64,000 nt of DNA. It comes from Promethearchaeota archaeon (GTDB taxonomy: Archaea > Asgardarchaeota > Lokiarchaeia > Sigyniarchaeales > SOKP01). The position numbers and the translations under genes are program-made. Shown one piece after another: positions 60,446 through 64,000 of this stretch. Location: the NCBI GenBank assembly GCA_048940925.1, contig JBHLOC010000025.1, positions 10,907-74,906 on the forward strand. Reading direction: 5' to 3'. Each line of letters begins with the position of its first letter. Positions within the stretch are counted from its first letter, which is position 1. The notes under the pieces are model-generated. The model did no database searches. It was not told the origin of the DNA and was given only the letters and a program-made list of their open reading frames with translations.

Positions 60446-61603
60446 TTAAAAGATACTCCCCAAATCTCGAATGGCTTTAAATAAAGCAACAATATTTTCA
60501 GGAGGATGGTCTAACAAAAAATTTGTTGGTCCAGGTATAAAACCTCCTTTCTTTCCTAGTAATTGAATATCATTTTTAATTGAATTTCGAATAAACTCAG
60601 GTGTTTCGTATTTTAACATTTCTGAATCATCAACAGTACCTACTAAAGTAATTTCAGGATATTTTTCTCTATACATTTTTAAATCATTATTTTTTGGTTT
60701 CAATGATTCTACTCCATCAATACCAATCTCTACAAAATCAGGGAAAACTTCGCCAATGCTCCCACAACTATGTATAATAAATTTAGCACCTTCATCATGC
60801 GCTATTTTAACATATTCTGCTAAAATAGGTTTAATAAATTTACGCCAAGATTTTACATTTATTTGTAATCCGTGGTTATCGCCGTAATCATCTCCGCACA
60901 TTACTACTTCTGGTTTAGTTTTCATTAGTAAGTTTAATGCAGGTTCCTCAAACGTCTCCCATTGAAAGTTAATATGTTGTTGGAGAAAATTAGGTTCTTT
61001 CCTCGCAAAACGAGCAAAATTAGCATGTCCAATTCCAAAAATACAGTTCTCAAAGGGACCAGAAATTCCTTGAGCCACTACAATATCATATTTTTCTAAC
61101 ATATTTTTTCTAATTCTTGAAAAATTTTTGAAAGTACCTGTATTTGGTTTTAAGTCTTGTTCTTTTTCCCAGTACTCCTGAATGTGTTCTTTTGTTAAGA
61201 GTCCTGGACCAGTAAACCACATATGAGGTATGCCATCTTCCTTAACAACTGCATCAAATGTACCACCAGCGTTAGTAAGAAGTTGATCAATAGAATCTAA
61301 TTTTATCAAACTACCGCCGCCCGTACTCCAACACATGTCAATTTTAGCATCAAGCCCTCCAGGTAGAACTTCTGGTGGTGAAAATTTTGCGACAATCGAA
61401 TGAATATAGGGAATCAAATAAGACACTCTATCCCTATCTAATTGTTTCATATCTTCATCTGTCAGCTTAAACGGTGAGTTCATAAATCTGTATACAAAAT
61501 CACAATCACCACCTAATAAAAAACTAGGAACCTTATCTGGTATTTTTCCTTCTAAGACAGTAAGAATTCTTTCAAGGGCTGTCATCTTTTGATTTTTTAT
61601 CAA
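60446..61603 (-). CDS. Uroporphyrinogen decarboxylase / MtaA-CmuA methyltransferase superfamily protein
   Basis: MTALERIL..PDKVP, GDDYG, HSCG, GGFI and PPENI. Confidence 0.82.
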   Translation of the reverse strand: MIKNQKMTALERILTVLEGKIPDKVPSFLLGGDCDFVYRFMNSPFKLTDEDMKQLDRDRVSYLIPYIHSIVAKFSPPEVLPGGLDAKIDMCWSTGGGSLIKLDSIDQLLTNAGGTFDAVVKEDGIPHMWFTGPGLLTKEHIQEYWEKEQDLKPNTGTFKNFSRIRKNMLEKYDIVVAQGISGPFENCIFGIGHANFARFARKEPNFLQQHINFQWETFEEPALNLLMKTKPEVVMCGDDYGDNHGLQINVKSWRKFIKPILAEYVKIAHDEGAKFIIHSCGSIGEVFPDFVEIGIDGVESLKPKNNDLKMYREKYPEITLVGTVDDSEMLKYETPEFIRNSIKNDIQLLGKKGGFIPGPTNFLLDHPPENIVALFKAIRDLGSIF

Positions 61604-61606
61604 TCT

Positions 61607-61975
61607 TCACCCTTGGTAATCTGTTAAATTTCGAAGTAAAATCCTGAAAATTATTGATTCATTTTTCATTTTAACTGTTCCCTCCTCAATTCCTTTCTTA
61701 AGAGCTGGGATGCCTCCAAAAATACAATTTTGAGGACCTGTGAAATAACTATCACATTCAAAATTTTCTAAATCTTTAATTTCTTTAATGTCGTTCAATC
61801 TTTCCATTTCAAAGTTTCCATCGTCAATTTTAACTAATATTGCTGGAGGTTGATCAGTTATGTACACTATAAATGTAGTGATCTCTGGAAAATCTCTTTT
61901 TAATTTCCCAAATATCTGTCTTCTCCATAACCCCGAATAAATTAAAGCATTTATTCCTCTAAATTTAGCACACAC
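61607..61975 (-). CDS. Hypothetical protein, SCP2/sterol-carrier-like fold suspected
   Basis: Pattern AILVKIDDG..ECD..G..GTVKMKN. GAGTGA SD before GTG. Confidence 0.5.
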   Translation of the reverse strand: MCAKFRGINALIYSGLWRRQIFGKLKRDFPEITTFIVYITDQPPAILVKIDDGNFEMERLNDIKEIKDLENFECDSYFTGPQNCIFGGIPALKKGIEEGTVKMKNESIIFRILLRNLTDYQG

Positions 61976-61982
61976 CTTGATA

Positions 61983-62816
61983 TCACTCTAAAGGAAAAAA
62001 CTCAGGTAAATCTCCAGGTACTTTCAAATTCCATTTTGGTCTTCTTTTTTGAAGAAAAGACATTATTCCTTCTCGTGCATCAGATTGTTTACCTGTCCAA
62101 GACGAATAACTATGATTTATGCTCTCCACCTTATCTATATCTAACTCGGTAAGGAATTGATAAAGCATTCTTTTTGTAAGAGATGTACTCACAGGTGCAC
62201 TTAATAATATCTCATCAGCTATTTCTCTAGCAGTATCCAATAATTTATCATCAGGAACTACTCGACTAACAAGGCCATATTCTAAAGATTCATGAGCATT
62301 TAAGATTCTGCCAGTATACATTAATTCAGCCGCACGACTAATTCCAATGATACGCGGTAAAAGCCAAGGACATGAAATTTCAGGTAAATAACCGCGTCGA
62401 TTAAATACAATTCCCATACGTGCACTCTCAGAAGCAATTCGTATATCAAAAGGTAAAATAAATGTAACACCAATTCCAACAGCAGGACCATTAATTGCAA
62501 CTATTACAGGCTTCATCAATAAAAAATATCGTCTAGTCAAACTTCCTTCACGTCTTCTCCTTTCATCTACCTCACGTGGTCTATTTGACCCATTAAGTGA
62601 CGTAGCACCGCTCGATAAATCAGCACCAGCACAAAATCCTCTTCCTGCACCAGTTAATATTGTAACGCGTAAATTGGGATCTTCTTCTACTTTCATAAGT
62701 GCATCCCACAGCTCCATTGACATCTGCCATGTCCAAGCATTCAAACGTTCAGGTCTGTTTAAAGTAATTGTAGCAATCTCATCAGAAGTCTCAAAAATTA
62801 TTTGTTCATATTCCAT
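61983..62816 (-). CDS. Enoyl-CoA hydratase/isomerase
   Basis: TLNRPERLNA, GAGRGFCAGADL, KPVIVAINGPAVG and DIRIA. Confidence 0.92.
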   Translation of the reverse strand: MEYEQIIFETSDEIATITLNRPERLNAWTWQMSMELWDALMKVEEDPNLRVTILTGAGRGFCAGADLSSGATSLNGSNRPREVDERRRREGSLTRRYFLLMKPVIVAINGPAVGIGVTFILPFDIRIASESARMGIVFNRRGYLPEISCPWLLPRIIGISRAAELMYTGRILNAHESLEYGLVSRVVPDDKLLDTAREIADEILLSAPVSTSLTKRMLYQFLTELDIDKVESINHSYSSWTGKQSDAREGIMSFLQKRRPKWNLKVPGDLPEFFPLE

Positions 62817-62928
62817 TTCTTTATAACCTCTCTTTTTATTAATTATATCTTAAATTTTATTGGTATTAAAAAATTTGTTGATTTTTATTTTCTAATAAAT
62901 ATGTATATTCTTTTTATGTTTTTTATTC

Positions 62929-63684
62929 TTAACGTGATCTTCCAGGAATAAATCTAGTGAATCTATTCATCTGCCCATAGTATTCGAATAAGGCGTCAAT
63001 ACCTCGTATCTTAAGATCAGTGTTCATGGCAAGCTTATTATGTAAAGCTCCATCAGCTGGTATCTTGGCAATTTCAGCAGCCAATTTATTCACTTCTTCA
63101 TCCAGTTTATCTCTAGGGACGCTTATACTCACAAGTCCCATTTCTGCTGCCTCTTTTCCTGAAATTCTTCTCCCACTCATTAGTAGATATCGAGCTTTTT
63201 TAACACCTAAATAAAATTGCCAAAGGGGTAAGCTTTGTGAGCCTCCCCATAATTGAGCAGGATGTCCTAATACTGCATCATCTGCAGCAACTGAAATATC
63301 ACAGCAAAGTTGAAGATAACACCCTGCATCAGTACAATACCCGTGAATTTGAGCAATTGTGACCTTTGGAAAATTAAATATGCGCGGATACTTCGCGTAT
63401 ATTTTTTTACGTAATATATCATAAGAATTCTTGTATTTCCAACCACCTTCAGGAGGGGTTAAATAATATGAACCCTTTAAATCAAAACCAGAACAAAAAC
63501 TTTTGCCTGCACCTTTTAACACGATAACATTTACTTGATTATCCTCCTCTGCATGATCAAATACAGCATCTATATCGTCAAGTAGTTGATAACTTAATGC
63601 ATTATGTTTTTCAGGTCTGTTTAAAGTTATATAGCCAACTTTAGTTTTTTTATTGCTTTCATAAAGAACAGTTTCAAATTCCAT
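62929..63684 (-). CDS. Enoyl-CoA hydratase/isomerase
   Basis: TLNRPEKHNA, GAGKSFCSGFDL, KVTIAQIHGYC and CDI. Confidence 0.9.
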   Translation of the reverse strand: MEFETVLYESNKKTKVGYITLNRPEKHNALSYQLLDDIDAVFDHAEEDNQVNVIVLKGAGKSFCSGFDLKGSYYLTPPEGGWKYKNSYDILRKKIYAKYPRIFNFPKVTIAQIHGYCTDAGCYLQLCCDISVAADDAVLGHPAQLWGGSQSLPLWQFYLGVKKARYLLMSGRRISGKEAAEMGLVSISVPRDKLDEEVNKLAAEIAKIPADGALHNKLAMNTDLKIRGIDALFEYYGQMNRFTRFIPGRSR

Positions 63685-64000
63685 CTTTTCACCTTTTATT
63701 TTTTTTTATTAACTGATTTTATCTCCCAAAATATTTAAAACTTTAATTCTTATTTTTTTACTTTTTGTAGAATTATTGAAATTAAAATCAAAACTCCAAA
63801 TAATTGCTATCAGTTATACTGAAATTTGCATATATAATATAAATAGAATTGATATTGAGCTAAATTAAAAAGATTATATTATATCAAAATTAAAGAGGGT
63901 TTAATACAAACTCACATAACTTAATAAAAAAGAAGGGAATTAATCTCATTAAAGAAATTAATAACTTTTTTACCCAAGAAGCTACCAAACATCAGATTCA

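Noticed and set aside
741-63214. Numerous 60-140 aa ORFs antisense to or overlapping long genes (e.g. 741, 2129, 5897, 13395, 42686, 47675, 55209, 58590)
   Set aside because: These are shadow ORFs of well-supported genes, with no motifs or ribosome-binding sites.
1-64000. CRISPR array, tRNA/rRNA, transposase or integrase
   Set aside because: No regularly spaced repeats, GC-rich structured RNA-like segments or recombinase motifs were recognised by eye. A covariance-model scan would be needed to exclude small RNAs.

Overview
Very AT-rich archaeal DNA that is most consistent with an Asgard archaeon (Lokiarchaeia/Promethearchaeia-like). This is inferred from a Rab-like small GTPase, a split archaeal glutamate synthase, FrhB and HdrBC domains, and expanded acyl-CoA genes. 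Positions 1.4-31 kb form a nitrogen-assimilation neighbourhood: gdhA, nfnA plus an unusual HTH-ferredoxin-FrhB-NfnB fusion, guaA, an hdrBC-gltB1-gltB2-gltB3 operon, a decayed second glutamate-synthase-like gene, two glnA genes, amt-glnK, glutamine-dependent nadE and several regulators. After that come peptide and exporter ABC components, carAB, and an acyl-CoA/redox block with a cytoplasmic DmsA and a DmsB interrupted by a GltD-like flavoprotein. The strongest novel candidate is a possible nitrogen regulon. It comprises two paralogous Zn-ribbon proteins that both end in LIYE (HbYX-like) and sit directly upstream of the GOGAT operon and glnA, plus a shared palindrome ATGGGAAT-N4-WCCCMT found three times. 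Other observations are a possible F420-linked bifurcating Nfn, probable ATA/ATT start codons, a diverged duplicate of the glnA 3' end (att-like scar), a 24-bp micro-inversion between 14-bp inverted repeats, and a fused DppBC permease lacking both EAA loops. I recognised no rRNA, tRNA, CRISPR array or intact mobile element. All calls were made by eye, with no database searches.
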